The notes: a model not told the origin generated them from the sequence alone. Positions 25,561 to 39,254 are shown, counted from the whole stretch's first letter. The stretch is DNA of 60,389 nucleotides, filler included, from Bipalium vagum (GCA_037834085.1; 3 parts of 3 records of this genome joined end to end with filler, not necessarily neighbours in it), one strand, 5' to 3'. Made by a program: numbers and translations.

Positions 25561-26862
25561 GATTTTCATCTAAATATTGTATTGATGAATTGATATCTTT
25601 TTGTGTTGCTATTGTATTGTGATACAAATACACAATATTTTTTTTATTACTGATCTTTGTTGATTACATCAACTATTAGTATAGGAAATCAGGTTGATTT
25701 TTAAATTATCAAATAATTAGCACTTATGTATTGAAAATATTTGATCATGGTTTAGAATAGAATAATGCAAAAATAATGTTAGATCTACAGAAAGAAAAAA
25801 GCAGAAGAAAAAGCAGAATATTTTAATAAAGTTTTTAAAATAATTCCGTTTACTTTAACTATGATAACCAATGGGATTTTGTCTTAGTTTTCAATATGAA
25901 AGCTAAAATATTTTAAATAATTCATAAGTTACATCAACAAATTAAGTTTAAAGAAATTCAGATTTTGTTAGGTCAACTTATAAAGTAAATAAGGTTTTGA
26001 ATAAATAATATATCGAATTTTTTACAATCTGTCCATTCTAAAAGTCAAATGTCATCAATTACTGAAATTGAATTTAATTAAGAAAGTGACAGCAAATCAG
26101 ATGAGTCTAAAAACTATTCTTCTATAGAACTGATGCTGATCAGTTCTAAGAATATGAAGCGAAGGACATTATCAATCAGATAGAGAAATGTATATTTCCT
26201 ATTGTAGTAATAGATTGTCCGAACAACTTTTTCATGAATCCCAGTCTAAAAAGAATTATGTGCAAAGTTTAACAATCTATGTCCTTTAAGTAGTACCAAA
26301 TTAGGTCTAAAAATATTAATTACGGTGGTTAAGAAAATATGATTTAACAATTAATTAGTTCATCGTAAATTTTCCACACATTTTGTAATACTAAACTGTT
26401 TTATTATCATTAAGAAAAGAACATACATAAAATCAGAAATCTACTAATCTTATATTAAAAAAGAAGGGATGTAAGATGACTATTAATAAAAATTAAAATA
26501 AATAAAATTTTCATGAATTAAAAAAATATTTAAATAATGAAAAGATTTATTCAGAAAATAGGGTAGGTATACTGGATTTTATGGATATTTATTTTCCAAA
26601 AGCCTTGAGGCATATAGTAATCCATAAGCTTTGGTGATGAGATATTGAAATAATTGCTTTCAAATTAAATTGGACCCATCTAAAAGTAAAGTCATGACAA
26701 GTACAATTCAATGTAAATAAATTGATTTATTTGTAAAATAAAGATAAGTCGAAATGACTAGGACACCATTTCAGATAGAACACGTAGATAAATAAAAAAT
26801 TGAGATACTGATTTGCAAAAATGTGCCAGAGTTGGCTGGGTTAATCTCCTTGTAAATCTTTT

Positions 26863-27166
26863 TCAAGACAGAATTACACGTCGTAATGATGGACCGGAAT
26901 TGATGGATTCCCAGCTGAGGAATTTGGAAATTGGAGGCTTAGTCCACCATTTAGTTGAATAATCATTTAAAGGTCCAGGTCGACAATTGACAGCTTCTAA
27001 TCGAATTGCTCTGTCCCATGATAATGTGTGGCGAGTTGATTGTTGATTGTAAAGACCATTATTTTTTCCAAGTTGTAGAAGATCAAAATAGTAATGAGCA
27101 TATACTGATGATGGAACGTTAATATTAAACTGTATCAATTCCAAAAAACTCCTTTCCAATTCATTT
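26863..27166 (-). CDS. CCNY: Cyclin Y exon 6 (terminal)
   Basis: AG at 27168-27167; [29 protein letters not shown]...RRVILS*; stop at 26863. Confidence 0.95.
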
Positions 27167-27215
27167 CTAGCAGATTTTATATTAATAATTACAAAAATGT
27201 TTAATTTGATCTTAC

Positions 27216-27382
27216 ACATCTTCTACACATAAATCCTTCAAAATCTGACAGTAATCTGCATTCCAAACGGCCTGATCGTCCCATACTTTACTGGCAAGTA
27301 AGATTGATGCCAAAACCTGTCTACGCCAGCTCCATGGTAGCATTTCTAATTCAGCGGATGAAAGCAATCTTTCAAGATATAC
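27216..27382 (-). CDS. CCNY: Cyclin Y exon 5
   Basis: [55 protein letters not shown]; AG at 27384-27383, GT at 27215-27214. Confidence 0.96.
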
Positions 27383-27559
27383 CTGAAATATGAGTAACTT
27401 TAAGAAGTGAAAGTTAAAAAAATGTTTTCTTATATGTTTACAAATCTGAAAGTAACTTGAAAAAGCTGATCAACTATTTGATAATTTGAAATTAATCCTT
27501 AAAAATAGATATTTTACTATTTTTATGATATGTATTTTTTACTATTTTACCATAATTGA

Positions 27560-29350
27560 AATCAGTAACTTTTAGCTCAAAACCTTTTAAGCTCCTCACT
27601 TCGTTACTATCTTATTCGTTTGATTGAAACTGCTACAAAAATATATACTCAGTTGAATCAAAATAATCACAATACAAATCTTAAATCACAAAAACAATAA
27701 CACAATCAATAATCACAGAGATCAATAAATGTTCAAAATACATAAAAAAACTCAAATAAATCACTCAAATAATTATCAAATGTAGAAATTTTAATAAAAT
27801 TAAATCAAAAAGTTATATTTAATCAAAGTTTAAATTAACACAAAAGAAAAACAAACCCTCTCACCCTGAGCGATAAAGGGTCCCCGGGTCGTCTGCTAAG
27901 TCATTTATATGATTTCCAAGGGATTCCAAAACTCGATGGGCCCTATTGTGAAATCCTATTACGAATTGATCATTATAACAATGTTTAACAGTCAAAATAA
28001 AATCCTCGGATAGTTTCGTCGAGATAAAATATTCAGAAACTTTATTCTTGTCAAAAATAAATGATAACAATCTTATTAACAAAAATCTTTGCAATTTCCT
28101 TTTGTGTGAAATTCTGGTAGAATTTTCGCCTTATACAGGGTGTATCCAAATTCATTATCTATTTAAGTAATTGAAATTTTTAAAAATATTTTAAATTTAT
28201 AGAAAATAACGTCTGTAATAAAAAAATATTTTTATTCCAAGTTTTTGTTTTATTTTCCTAATTTATTTTTTTCTGGTTACAATCTATTACACGAAATGAT
28301 TGAAAATTATTAAATTTACAGAATCCTAAAAACTGTTCTGAAGAAAAGAGCCTATCATCTTCAAGTTTTTCACAACCTACATGAAGATTGTTCGCTCAGA
28401 ACAGCGATGAGTGCTGAGCTTATTGATCAAATTGAAAATGCGACATTATGTTCAGTGGTGAATAAACCTTTCACACTCGTGGGAAAGTTATTCGTTATAA
28501 TTGTCACATTTGGGGAATTGAGAGGCCAATTGAATTTAATGAACATCAAAGAGATTCACCGAAAGTAAATGTTTGGTTAGGCATGACAAAATGGAAAGCG
28601 TATAGTCCTTTCTTCTTTTTAAATGATAGTTAGAGGAACAAAGTATCTAGATATGCTGAAAAATTTTCTCGAATCGATAAGAGATGACATCTTTGACACA
28701 ATGATTTTTTCATTAGTATGGAGTACCGTGTCATTATGCACGGATAGTACGTGATTATCTAAACAGACGATTCCCTAATGTTGGATTGGTGATAGACAGA
28801 AAATTCCTCAGATTTAACACTTAGATTTTTTTGCTTGAGGTTTCATTAATTTTGAAGTATACACTGGTAGAATAGTTAAAAATATTACAGAACTTGTCAA
28901 TCTTATTACTGATGCAGTTCTAAAGATAACGTCACAAATACTGGAAAATGGTTTTCGGCAAGCATCCCGTAGTCTTGAACTGTCAAGTCATTGATGGTCA
29001 CCATATGGAAAACTGATTATCATATAACATCTTTTGAACAAAGCTTTTTTCAAATTAAAACTTTTTTTAAGAATTTCAATTATTTCTTGTAACGGATAGT
29101 GATTTTTGATACACCCTATATAGTCGTAAAGATTAATCTACAACCGCCAGTCGCTACATTTAAAAGGCTATTTCTTCTAATAGCCCCTTAATCAAAATTT
29201 ATATCTCGACGGCGAGATAAAATTACTTTTATAATAATAATATGTATAATAAATCACTACCCCGATGCAGGGATAGAATTTTTATTAATCATTTATCATT
29301 ATCTCGATGTCCAGATAATTTTATAAAAAATTACTCTCAAATTTTACTTA
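27560..29350 (-). repeat. LTR-like family B-related copy, interrupted by a DNA transposon
   Basis: Minus-strand GACGACCCGGGGACCC...GGTGAGAGGGTTTG resembles 21662-21705; continues past the 28136-29118 insertion. Confidence 0.45.
28136..29118 (+). mobile_element. Internally deleted rosa/Tc3-like transposon with both TIRs and TA TSD
   Basis: TIRs CAGGGTGTATCCAAATTCATTATC / GATAGTGATTTTTGATACACCCTA; MFSGE*TFHTRGKVIRYNCHIWG; RDSPKVNVW. Confidence 0.88.
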
Positions 29351-29490
29351 AAAGTGTCAGCGCAACTCTTGACTAGCTCACCTGACCTACGCTGAGGTTG
29401 CTGTGGGTCTAAAAAAACACTAAAACAAACAATTTAAAACTTTATTAAATTTAATGATAATTACAAACAATGATAATGATAATGATAATT

Positions 29491-30063
29491 ACAACAAACA
29501 AACTGCAACAATCTGCAGTTACACTAAACCAACAATTTGCTCAGGCAGTCTCAAAAAAAACAATAAACATTCCCTAATTAAAAAACTGTGCCAGGGAAAA
29601 CCCTGGTCAGCAATATAAAATTATCAATCAAAAACATACCAAGTTTTCCTGATAATTTTCTGGATGAAAAATAATGAATTTTCGCTGACTTATATACTAT
29701 TTTACTGTTCGATTTAGCGTCTCTGATTGGCATGTTAAGCTGTCAATCATGACGTACTTTCTAAATTTAATTATTAATAAAAAAAATTTCTAAAAACTAT
29801 AATTAAAGAATTTTATAGAGACATGCTACTAATTAAAATCAGTAGTTGCTGATAAAATAATATTTAAATTTTATTTAATTAATTCTAAATTAATAAATTA
29901 ATAATTAAAATATTTAATTTTAAATTAGCCAGTGTATTAATTAAATTTTATTTTTCACCAAAATTTTATTTACAGAAACTTATTTTCAACATTTTATCGA
30001 AATTTTAGAGGTGGCCCAAAACATATGGACGGCATTGTATAAGATAGGAGTCGAATCTCAACA
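29491..30063 (-). repeat. LTR-like repeat family A, copy 2
   Basis: Homologous to 20884-21429; carries a 57-nt insertion at 29983-30039. Confidence 0.8.
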
Positions 30064-33000
30064 AAAGTAATTTTATATATTAAAACTTAATTAATTATGT
30101 TATTATTATTGTTGACCCTTAGTAATCTCAAAGTCTAGGGTTCAGGCCTTTGGTGACCCCAACATTTCTGTAGAATCAAAAATTAATGTGAAAAGAAATT
30201 TATTTTCTTTAATGTGCATTCGGTCATATCACAATATTTCATCAATGAGATAAAAATATATGTAAATATAAAATATGATATTATATTTATAATAAACAGT
30301 AATTGTAATAACAAAATATTTATATATAATTAATTATTTTTCAATACTAAATTTTAGGATTTTAAGAAAGGAACAAAAAAAGAAAACTTAAAAAATCAAA
30401 AGATAATATTATTAAAACAATGAAATAAAAAAATAGACGGGAAAAGCTTTAAATTGTAACCAAGTTTTCAAAACTATAAAAAACAAAAAGAAATTATGAA
30501 TTCACAATATCAATATTCAAAATATGAACCGTAATATTGACAATTTTCTTTTATGTGCTTTTCTTAAATTTTAATACTTTTAATAAAATAAAATGTATAC
30601 AAAAATAATTCTGATTTATGTTTACGATGAATAGAGACAAATTTTCTTTAACACAATTACAAGACATTTCGAAACGATATTTATAAATAGAAGAATTTCT
30701 CGACAGTGAAGGTTAAATATAAAATTAGTGATTAGATTCTTTTAAAAATTGATTAATTTTTATTTATTATCATATTTTAAGCTATTTCGAATTTCTACCT
30801 ACCAAAAAATGAAATTAAGACTTATTAAATCTAGAATGCTGCTATAACAAGTTTGTTTTATTAATTATTTTTATTAATAATATTATTAAAAAGATATTCA
30901 AGAAGTTTTAACTTTTTAAGAATCGATATATTTTTCTCATAAGAAATGACATTATATGGTGACAGCTTTTTAAATATTATAATTGTATTATGTATTAATT
31001 CAAATACAACCTGAATAAATAAGGAAATTATAATAACTATTATTATATAATTATAACTAAAAGAACTAAACTGTACAAGTCACAACACCCTCTACTACCA
31101 TCGTAATAAGTTCAGAGATTTTTATTCACATATTCTTTATTATGACCTTGTCTCCATCAAAGACCACCTCAATTTCATTGTGTTATTGTATATAAAATAA
31201 TTAAAACTTAATAATTATTGATCACTAATCGATTCAAGCGAAAATTATAATCGAATAAAATTAACATCAATATAGAGTAACAATGTTTATGTGGCTGGAT
31301 GCTGCATAGTATACTCAGACCACATGCAGATCTGGGCAGTAGTTTACCAGTCCATTGACTAAGCAAATGTCATTAGCAAATATTTTGTGACAAAGGAAAT
31401 GTAAACGTATAATAAATTGACAAAACAAAGTTTTGAAAACAATATGAATCTTTAGTTAATAAACAATAATTTAATCTCGGTCATCAGTGAAAACTTTGAA
31501 TTAACTGATTATTATTAACTGGTAACACTAGAAAATAAAATTTGAGTTGAACGGTGTCAATGGGAAAGTATCTGATTCAAAATTCTGTAGGATAAATAAA
31601 ATACACAAAATATAAATAGAAAATCAAATTACTATACTTTTTAATTAATTATTTTTTTGATTTTTTAATTACACGTACCATGACAACGTTAAGTGTGTGT
31701 TATACAAAATGTGAAATGCATGTTTATTATGAATTTTCTTCTGGATTATTTTTTCTTTTAAAAGGATTAATTTATCTTTCAATCAGATTAAATAAATTTC
31801 AAACCACTGTAAACACCATAATCCACATTGATACTGTGTTATTTTTGTCCACATTCATTTCTTATGAATTAATTAAAATTATTCTGGTCACAAGACTCGT
31901 TTTAAAATAACTTAACGTAAACTAATGTTACACAAAGACAGATACCAAGGTATAAAAGTTATACTATTGTCAATTGTCATTGTTGAAAATGATAAAAATA
32001 AGCTAAATTTCTTAAAACAACTCCATCATATCAAATTCTAAATCCAAAACCCAGTAAACTTTGTTGATTGACCTCTGACAGAGCTTATGGTTTCCAGTTA
32101 AATTATTCTGACAAATCACTATAACCATCAAAATAGAAAACAAAATTCACTTAAATGGTTCGATTTTCATTTTCATTTTCCACATGTCGCAAAATGCACT
32201 TTGAACTTCTGGAGAGCTTTATAAACATTTTCGAACAATAATTACCATAAATCTCAAGATTCAATGCTACTAATATATAACCTCATATTATGCACGTTCT
32301 GGTAGGAAAATAAGTATAAAATGTAAAAGAAACATACTTATCACATTTTCGTTAAAATTTTAAAAATATTAAGCGCGAACATCAGTGTACGAAAAAGTGC
32401 AAGTTGACCTAGTTCAGCTGACCTAATTTAAGGTGGGTGAGTGTTAACCAATAACGTTCAAAAATTCTCACAGCGATTTTGCTGAAAACCAAAAATGTAA
32501 CTGTTAACAAAATATATAAAACAATGGACGAATGAAAGTTAACTTAAAATCTGACTTGATGGATTTAAAAATTCACTTGTTTTAATTTAAAAAGAATTGA
32601 TTTAAAAGAGTTTTTTGTAATAAATGTTTAACAATGGAAGTTGGTTGGTTGAAATATTTTATGAAATTAAAATAATATTTTAAATTGAGAAAAAATCATT
32701 TATTTTATTTTATTAATTAAAATAAAATAAATAATAATAAAAATGATTTATGTAATAAAAATTTCTCAATATTTTCAAAAATTTGATTTGTTTATAATGT
32801 TACTCATTAATAATGGAAGAATTGTTGAAAAAATTCAGAAAATTTTTAAATACCAAAACCAGTGGAAAGTATAAGCGTGAGAAACGTGAGCAGTGTGTAC
32901 AAATATTTACATCGTTAGTCAATATAGCAGAAGAAAGTGAAAGAGAAATCTTAAATTATTCCACATTCTGCCAGAAATTTGTGACTGGCCTAAAAAGAAT

Positions 33001-33451
33001 TTATTTTATAATTAATCTTCAAGATCAACGATATTGATGAAACTGTATAATTTGACAATGCCGGAAACAAGTTGAAAAAGCTCAATTTATATTTTCCAGT
33101 ACACATTGAAATAATTTTTAGATGAATAAAATTTGAATAAAATATTCATTGGCCAGGTTATATATAATATGAATTTATAAAATAGACATCAAATATTTCC
33201 AATGAAGTCTCTTATCAGTTTAAAATACAGATCTTGTAAAACTTGTAACCATCAGTCTGTACTGGATCATAAGAGATTTTACAAAAAACCTTAAAGTTTT
33301 CCATTGGTCACAAGTTATGATTTTTAGTTTTATTTTAATATTCTTGGTTTATTATTGTCAATAATTCTCATTCATGTTGAAAATGTGTGGATTATTTCGA
33401 AAAAGGATACTCAATCTTTTATTGTTGAGGTACACTTCTAACAATTTTTTG

Positions 33452-34421
33452 GGTTACCAAGGGTACATACTTTTAACTCTTTGAATTATAAAAACCGTAA
33501 AAGGGTCTAAAATAGTATAATAATAATTAAATAATAATATAATTACAATTAAAAGTGCAAAAGTTAATTAAAATAATAATAAAATGATAATCTTTTTAAT
33601 CTTGAATAATCTAATCTTGACAACGGTGAATGTCGTATTACCAAGATTAGACCAGAGTCCACAAATAGGGACCGATTTAATATTAAGTGCCTAAAAAGGG
33701 AATTGACATTCCCAATCAAGAATACTGGTTTACGACTGAGTAGTTGTCTGACTGTATAAACGGTATTGGAGTCTTCAATGGTCTACCACAAAAGAATTTT
33801 TAAAATTGCTTATTAGGAAAGTGTTGTGAGCCAGAATATTTAATTTATGTAGAAAACGTCAAATCTCATCAGAAGAGAATTTAAGTCGGAAGAATTTTTC
33901 AGAAGAAAAATCGCTGGTGAACATTTTTTTATTATGCCCTTTTTTATGCGACAGGAGCCAACGGTGAGTCCTGTGCTATTAATGTGTTTATGAGTGTACC
34001 GGTTCGTGGTCATCAAACAACCCTAGGACCCATCTTCTTCTGAGAGTTCCGTATCTTGTTTTTGTTTTATTTTTAATTCAAAATTTAAACATAATTTGAC
34101 TTATTAATATTATTGAATCCGACTTAATTTTCTCATTGTTTCGATTTAGTGTTTTGATCTGATTTACATTTGATCATTTATTTATCTCATTATATTTGAT
34201 TTATTGATTGTATTTAATTTCATTATCATTGATTTATTTGTTGGAGACATTTTGCAATTTGAGATCGATTTGTTGTGTGGACATTCAATCGTGTATCTTT
34301 GTGCTAGAGAAATAAAGTCTTATTGTGATCGCTTTGATTCAATTATTTTTGAACACGTTATTGAAATGATCAGTAAATTAACAAGCTAAGTATTACGAAA
34401 GGCTTCATATAAAGCGTAACA
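33452..34421 (+). repeat. Probable solo LTR, family B
   Basis: GGTTAC...GTAACA termini; TATAAA at ~33755; AATAAA at ~34311; homology to 21435-22015. No TSD seen. Confidence 0.6.
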
Positions 34422-35208
34422 AATTAAAAAGACCATGGCGGCACATAACAATTAAATAAGTTTAAGAGACTTTCTCCTACCTATACTTCATTCTGTAAAA
34501 TATTTTATGAATAAATAAATAATAAATTGTAGAAAGAAAATTTCTCATGTTTTATTTTTAAATAACGTTTGCAGAACTTTTTTGTTATACATTATATTTT
34601 AGATTTAAAGGGCTTATCAAATTTTCCATAAATGTTGAATATTTAAAGTAATATCCTCAAAACTTCACAATATTCAAAGAATCACAAAACAATATAAAAA
34701 GCCAATTATAAGACATTACCACGGAAATTAAAAAGAATGGAAGATAATCCACAGAAAATTTCAAATACGGTGATCTTTTATGAAGTAAACTTAGTTAAAA
34801 TCATCATTCGTTGGCTAAAAGAGATTCGCACTCACCGAACATTAAAATAGATGAAAGAATTGGAAATTTTGGTGTTGCTGAAGATTGTTCTTCGAAAACA
34901 ATATTAATAGTGTGTTACATTCAAATTTTACCCAATCGAATTATTGATGCATTTACTATGAAAGAGCATGAAAACTACCATTGAATATTATACCGTTTCT
35001 ATAATATAATTATATATATTCAACCTTTTGTACGAAATTTCATAACATATGGTGATCATATTGAGGTTTATAAGCCATTAAATAAAATTCTGGGTCGATT
35101 TAAAAATTGAAAAATTAATTTTTTTCTTTTGCATTCTACAAACAATAGATTAAATGTTACGTTTTTAAGGACCTATAAAAGTTGCTGATAGATAACTTAG
35201 ACATCATA

Positions 35209-35630
35209 TATAGTGTGTTTCAAAAGTAGTAACGCATACTTTAAACCGCCACAATTTTTTCAAATATTAAAATATTGATTGGAAATTTTTATAATCTAAT
35301 AGAATATTAGGTAAGCCTTAATTTCACATATAACATGTTAACTTGTGGTAGAAATAAGCGTTAATTTCTATCAAGATAGATCCAACCTAATAATTGAACA
35401 TTTCCAAGGAAATAATAGAAATAGTAAATTGTGGAAAATCACTATTTAACAATTGGACAAAGAAACTAAGCTGGATTTATAATAAAGGTTTTTATCATGT
35501 ATAGTTTATATATCAGTTTGTACATCCTTTCTTTGTTTTTCATAAAAAATTAAAATATTTGAAATATTATTTATGGTTTTAAAATTATTGTTGTCCAAAG
35601 TTCGCGCTACTACTTTTGAAACAAATTATA
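35209..35630. mobile_element. Non-autonomous mariner-type element (MITE, ~420 bp)
   Basis: TIRs TATAGTGTGTTTCAAAAGTAGTAACGCATACTTT / AAAGTTCGCGCTACTACTTTTGAAACAAATTATA. Confidence 0.8.
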
Positions 35631-35768
35631 TCTAATATGTTATAAAACGATTGCACAATCATTTTAGTATCATTAAGAGATATACAAAGAAAGTTTGGAA
35701 TATTATCCTCATTACAATTTTAAAATTATTTTTATTTAAATAATAATAATAAGAAAACATTCTATTAC

Positions 35769-36107
35769 CAGTGTTACTATTGCACATTCGGGAGTCAGCT
35801 GAGCCATATTGAAAATACCTCTCAAGAATCTATATATTTCTCTGTGACTAGGAATGCGCAGAAAATCACTCTGTGAACAGCCAGTACGTATGACAGGATG
35901 CTGTCTTTCGTCAAAAATTGAATACAGTGTATCATCTGGAGAACATCGATATCTCTGATTATTAGAATTTTTTTCACTTTTGACATGCAGATGAATTGCG
36001 AGAGCCAAAGCTTTCAACGATAAAGCCGGGTTAGGTTGAGAAATAGTGTTATCATCCATTAATATTGTGCTACATGAGCTCCATCGACTGATATATCTTG
36101 AATTATT
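35769..36107 (-). CDS. CCNY: Cyclin Y exon 4
   Basis: NNSRYISRWSSCSTILMDDNTISQPN...IYRFLRGIFNMAQLTPECAIVTL; 339 nt, phase 0-0. Confidence 0.95.
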
Positions 36108-36155
36108 CTAACAAAATATCAATTGAATTAAATCAATTACAACGTTAAATTTTAC

Positions 36156-36187
36156 TCTCTCGTTTTCTACGTGCCTCCTTTGTAAAT
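36156..36187 (-). CDS. CCNY: Cyclin Y exon 3 (32-nt microexon)
   Basis: AG at 36189-36188, GT at 36155-36154; needed to keep the frame (phase 1-0); encodes (N)LQRRHVENER. Confidence 0.75.
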
Positions 36188-36236
36188 CTAAATAGAAACA
36201 TGGTTCAAAGCTCAAATCCACACTGGTTTAACAAAC

Positions 36237-36314
36237 TTATTTCAATATCTTCTTTGGACCTTTTCAGAAACAAAGTTGGATTTTTGGCATTAATAGAAGG
36301 ATCATGTTCAATAT
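36237..36314 (-). CDS. CCNY: Cyclin Y exon 2
   Basis: DIEHDPSINAKNPTLFLKRSKEDIEI resembles human FNPSDHPRASTIFLSKS; 78 nt, phase 1-1. Confidence 0.85.
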
Positions 36315-37279
36315 CTGAAAAGTGAAGATGGATTAAATTATACTTAGAACAGTTGCAGTTAAATAACCATAAAACCATAGATCAAACCGATCATCCAATT
36401 AATTATTATGAAAGAAAATTTCTTGTTATTTTCATTAATTAACTTAATTACGCATTTCAAGCAATGTAAAAATAGAGATGCATTCGAAACAAATTCTGTC
36501 TCCTCTGACATACATCACCTAGGATGATTTTAATTAATTAATTTCCTTTTCAGATTTCCATATTTAATGTCGAATAAGAACGGTTATCGGTCATCACTGA
36601 CATATGCGCTATTAATGGTTATTAATTAAAAATGCTCTTAATTACAAATTAATCTAATAATCTAAGTGCTGAGATTTTACAGATATCAATTGGACTTTTT
36701 ATTGCAGGTAGAGAAAAAATCTTCAATTTTGTCAAAATATAAATTTTAAACTGGAGATTATATCTCCTTCATTTATATTTGCTAACACAATGACATTAAA
36801 AATATTTTCTTTTTAAATAAGTTTTATAAGTAAATAATAAATAAATAATATTTACAATGGTCATATTAGCAAACACTTTTCTTAAATCTGTTTTAATAAT
36901 ATAATTAGTTGATATTGTAAATATTTAGACATTATAATTATAAGATATTGTTTTATTATTATTATTATTTTTATTATTATGTGAAAAAAAATTTCATAAT
37001 AATTTTATTATTTTCAAATTCAATTCAGATTTGTGTTTACTATTACAGGGTTGATCTTTATAATATTTCATAAAATATATATTATTTTTAATATTTCAAT
37101 TTTTTTAGAGTTTTATTATTAAATATTATTATTATTATTATAATTATTACTAAATATTATTATTAACTATTATTATTATTATTATTTATTAATATTATTA
37201 TTAGACATTCATTTAAAATGTAATTTTTTAAAATATAAATTGAAATTTCTTTATTTTATATAATTACAAAGAACATAAC

Positions 37280-37733
37280 CTTCTGGCTCTCGTTCACTTA
37301 TGTGTTGTAATTGGTCTGTGCTTTTAATCATCCATGAATCGCGATATGATTCCTCCAAGTTATTATTTAAATGAAAATATCTTCCATTGTGTTGCTGAAA
37401 ATAAACAGTGTTCTTATTAGGGTAAAACGGAGCAGGGCATATAATATTGGTCACCGGATAATTATTTGGATAGAAAAAACTGTTAACAGAGTTTTCAGTG
37501 ATATTGTTATGATTAGTGTGAGGTCCTAACGATTGATTTTCCGAAACAGAATTAACTTGTAAGTTAAATGTTTCATAATGAAAACCTTTCTCACTACCAC
37601 AATTTTGATTTAAATAACCATTTGAGTAATTTTCGATACCTGCCGAGTATTTACAATTGCTGTTATTTGGTCTATTGACAAATTCTGGTGATTCTGTCCA
37701 CCTCCACCTACAGCAAACTAACTTATTACCCAT
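37280..37733 (-). CDS. CCNY: Cyclin Y exon 1
   Basis: MGNKLVCC (myristoylation/palmitoylation-type N-terminus, cf. MGNTTSCC) ...LQHISEREPE; GT at 37279-37278. Confidence 0.92.
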
Positions 37734-38544
37734 TTCTAAAAATATTGAATATTTAATTTTTTTTACTAAGAAAACACAAGTTTAAATTTTATTAATTTTG
37801 AAGATAATCGATAATTATTTACGGTCGCTTAGAATAAAAATTCTATAAATTTGATTCTTTTATTTATCATAATTATAAATAATAATAATTTAAAACAATC
37901 TCAAGGCTGACCATTAATTCCTTGGTTTGGATTCTAATATTAATTTATTTATTGAATAATCCCGCGTGGATCAATTTGAGAAACTTCTAAATATTCTTTA
38001 TAAAATTATATTAAAGATATTTAATTTGTTAGAATCTTTTTATAATGAAAATCTACTTGAAAAATAATTTCTTCAGGCTAAATCCTGGAAATTTAAATTA
38101 ATTAGTTGGAGTAATATTCTTTAATTTAGAAATTTAATTTATTACTTTTAATTAACGTTAGTGTCAACAATTTTAAATCGATTGCATAAATTTATTTTAT
38201 AAAATTGAAGTGCTAAAGGATATATTCTATAAAAATCATTGATTGATGTAAATTTTATTATATTTGTCTATATTTAGAATTTCGTGAATCATTATTATAG
38301 TTTTTCAAAAAATTTGATCGGGTTCTCTGGACTTGGTTATATTTTTAATTAACTTGATTTGAATCGCAAGATTTTTTTTGTGAATGATTTTTCAGAAATA
38401 TTTGCAAATAAAATTTAAGCTAATTTTACAAAAGGTATTTTTAGAATTTTACTGTTTTTCTAATATTAGACACAAATATATTAAAGGTTAAAAGCAAACG
38501 GTCACTAGAAGAATTCGATAATACAAATAAGAAGTCTAATAATA

Positions 38545-39254
38545 ATAAATGTGAGAAAACAATAAAGACGTCTTCTGCACTACTGAAACTCTGATCCCTG
38601 GTTGAGTTTTGTAACGATCTAAGCAGATGATAATCTGAAGATGCAATTTGCTGCAAGGCTTCAAAGCCAAACTTCTTCAGCTTCGTTCTGGTGATCATTG
38701 ATGTATGGTGGTCTGGTATTATCATGATGGAATGTAACACCTTTTCTAATCACCAGATGAGGTCGTTTTTTGATAACAGCAGCCTGTAAACTTTTCAGTT
38801 GACTACAGTAAACCGTTGAATTCATTGTTTTATTTCTCGGAAGTAGCTCATAATAGATGGAACCTTGTCATTCCCATCCAGCCTTTGGTGTCGGTAATGG
38901 TGGTTCACTCCTTTATAGCTAGGATCTTTTTATCGTAATATTAAGATATAGGATTCAATTTTCATATGTTATCATCTGTATCGAAACTTGTATGGATTTG
39001 GAATAAGCTGCAGCAGTTGTCTTTTGCCCCATCCGAAAAAAGTTGTGAATTATACATCTCAGATCCTCCTTTGCTCGTCCATATTTATCTATATAAATAA
39101 TCAATATTTAAGAAAATTTACCTAATTAAATTTCATTAATTTATAGCCTTACTTACATTCTTTCAAGATATTCGCACAGAAATTAAATGGCATTCTAATT
39201 ATTTTAAAAAAATATAATGATTAAAAAACGAAAAACTTTTCGGATCATCCAATA
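38545..39254 (-). mobile_element. Deleted mariner element
   Basis: TIR TATTGGATGATCCGAAAAGTTTT at 39254; VYCSQL...KKRPHLVIRKGVTFHHDNTRP; ASSDYHLLRSLQN. Confidence 0.8.

Noticed and set aside
32813-33070. 74-aa ORF as a host gene
   Set aside because: No splice support; the following NDIDETV*FD resembles a decayed pogo-like transposase but is too weak to call.
34878-34902. CTGAAGA...GAAA hammerhead
   Set aside because: Stem II closing pair and stem III are absent.
36156-36187. Alternative microexon frame FTKEARRKRE resembling human VREKRKS
   Set aside because: Incompatible with the phases of the available GT/AG sites on both sides.
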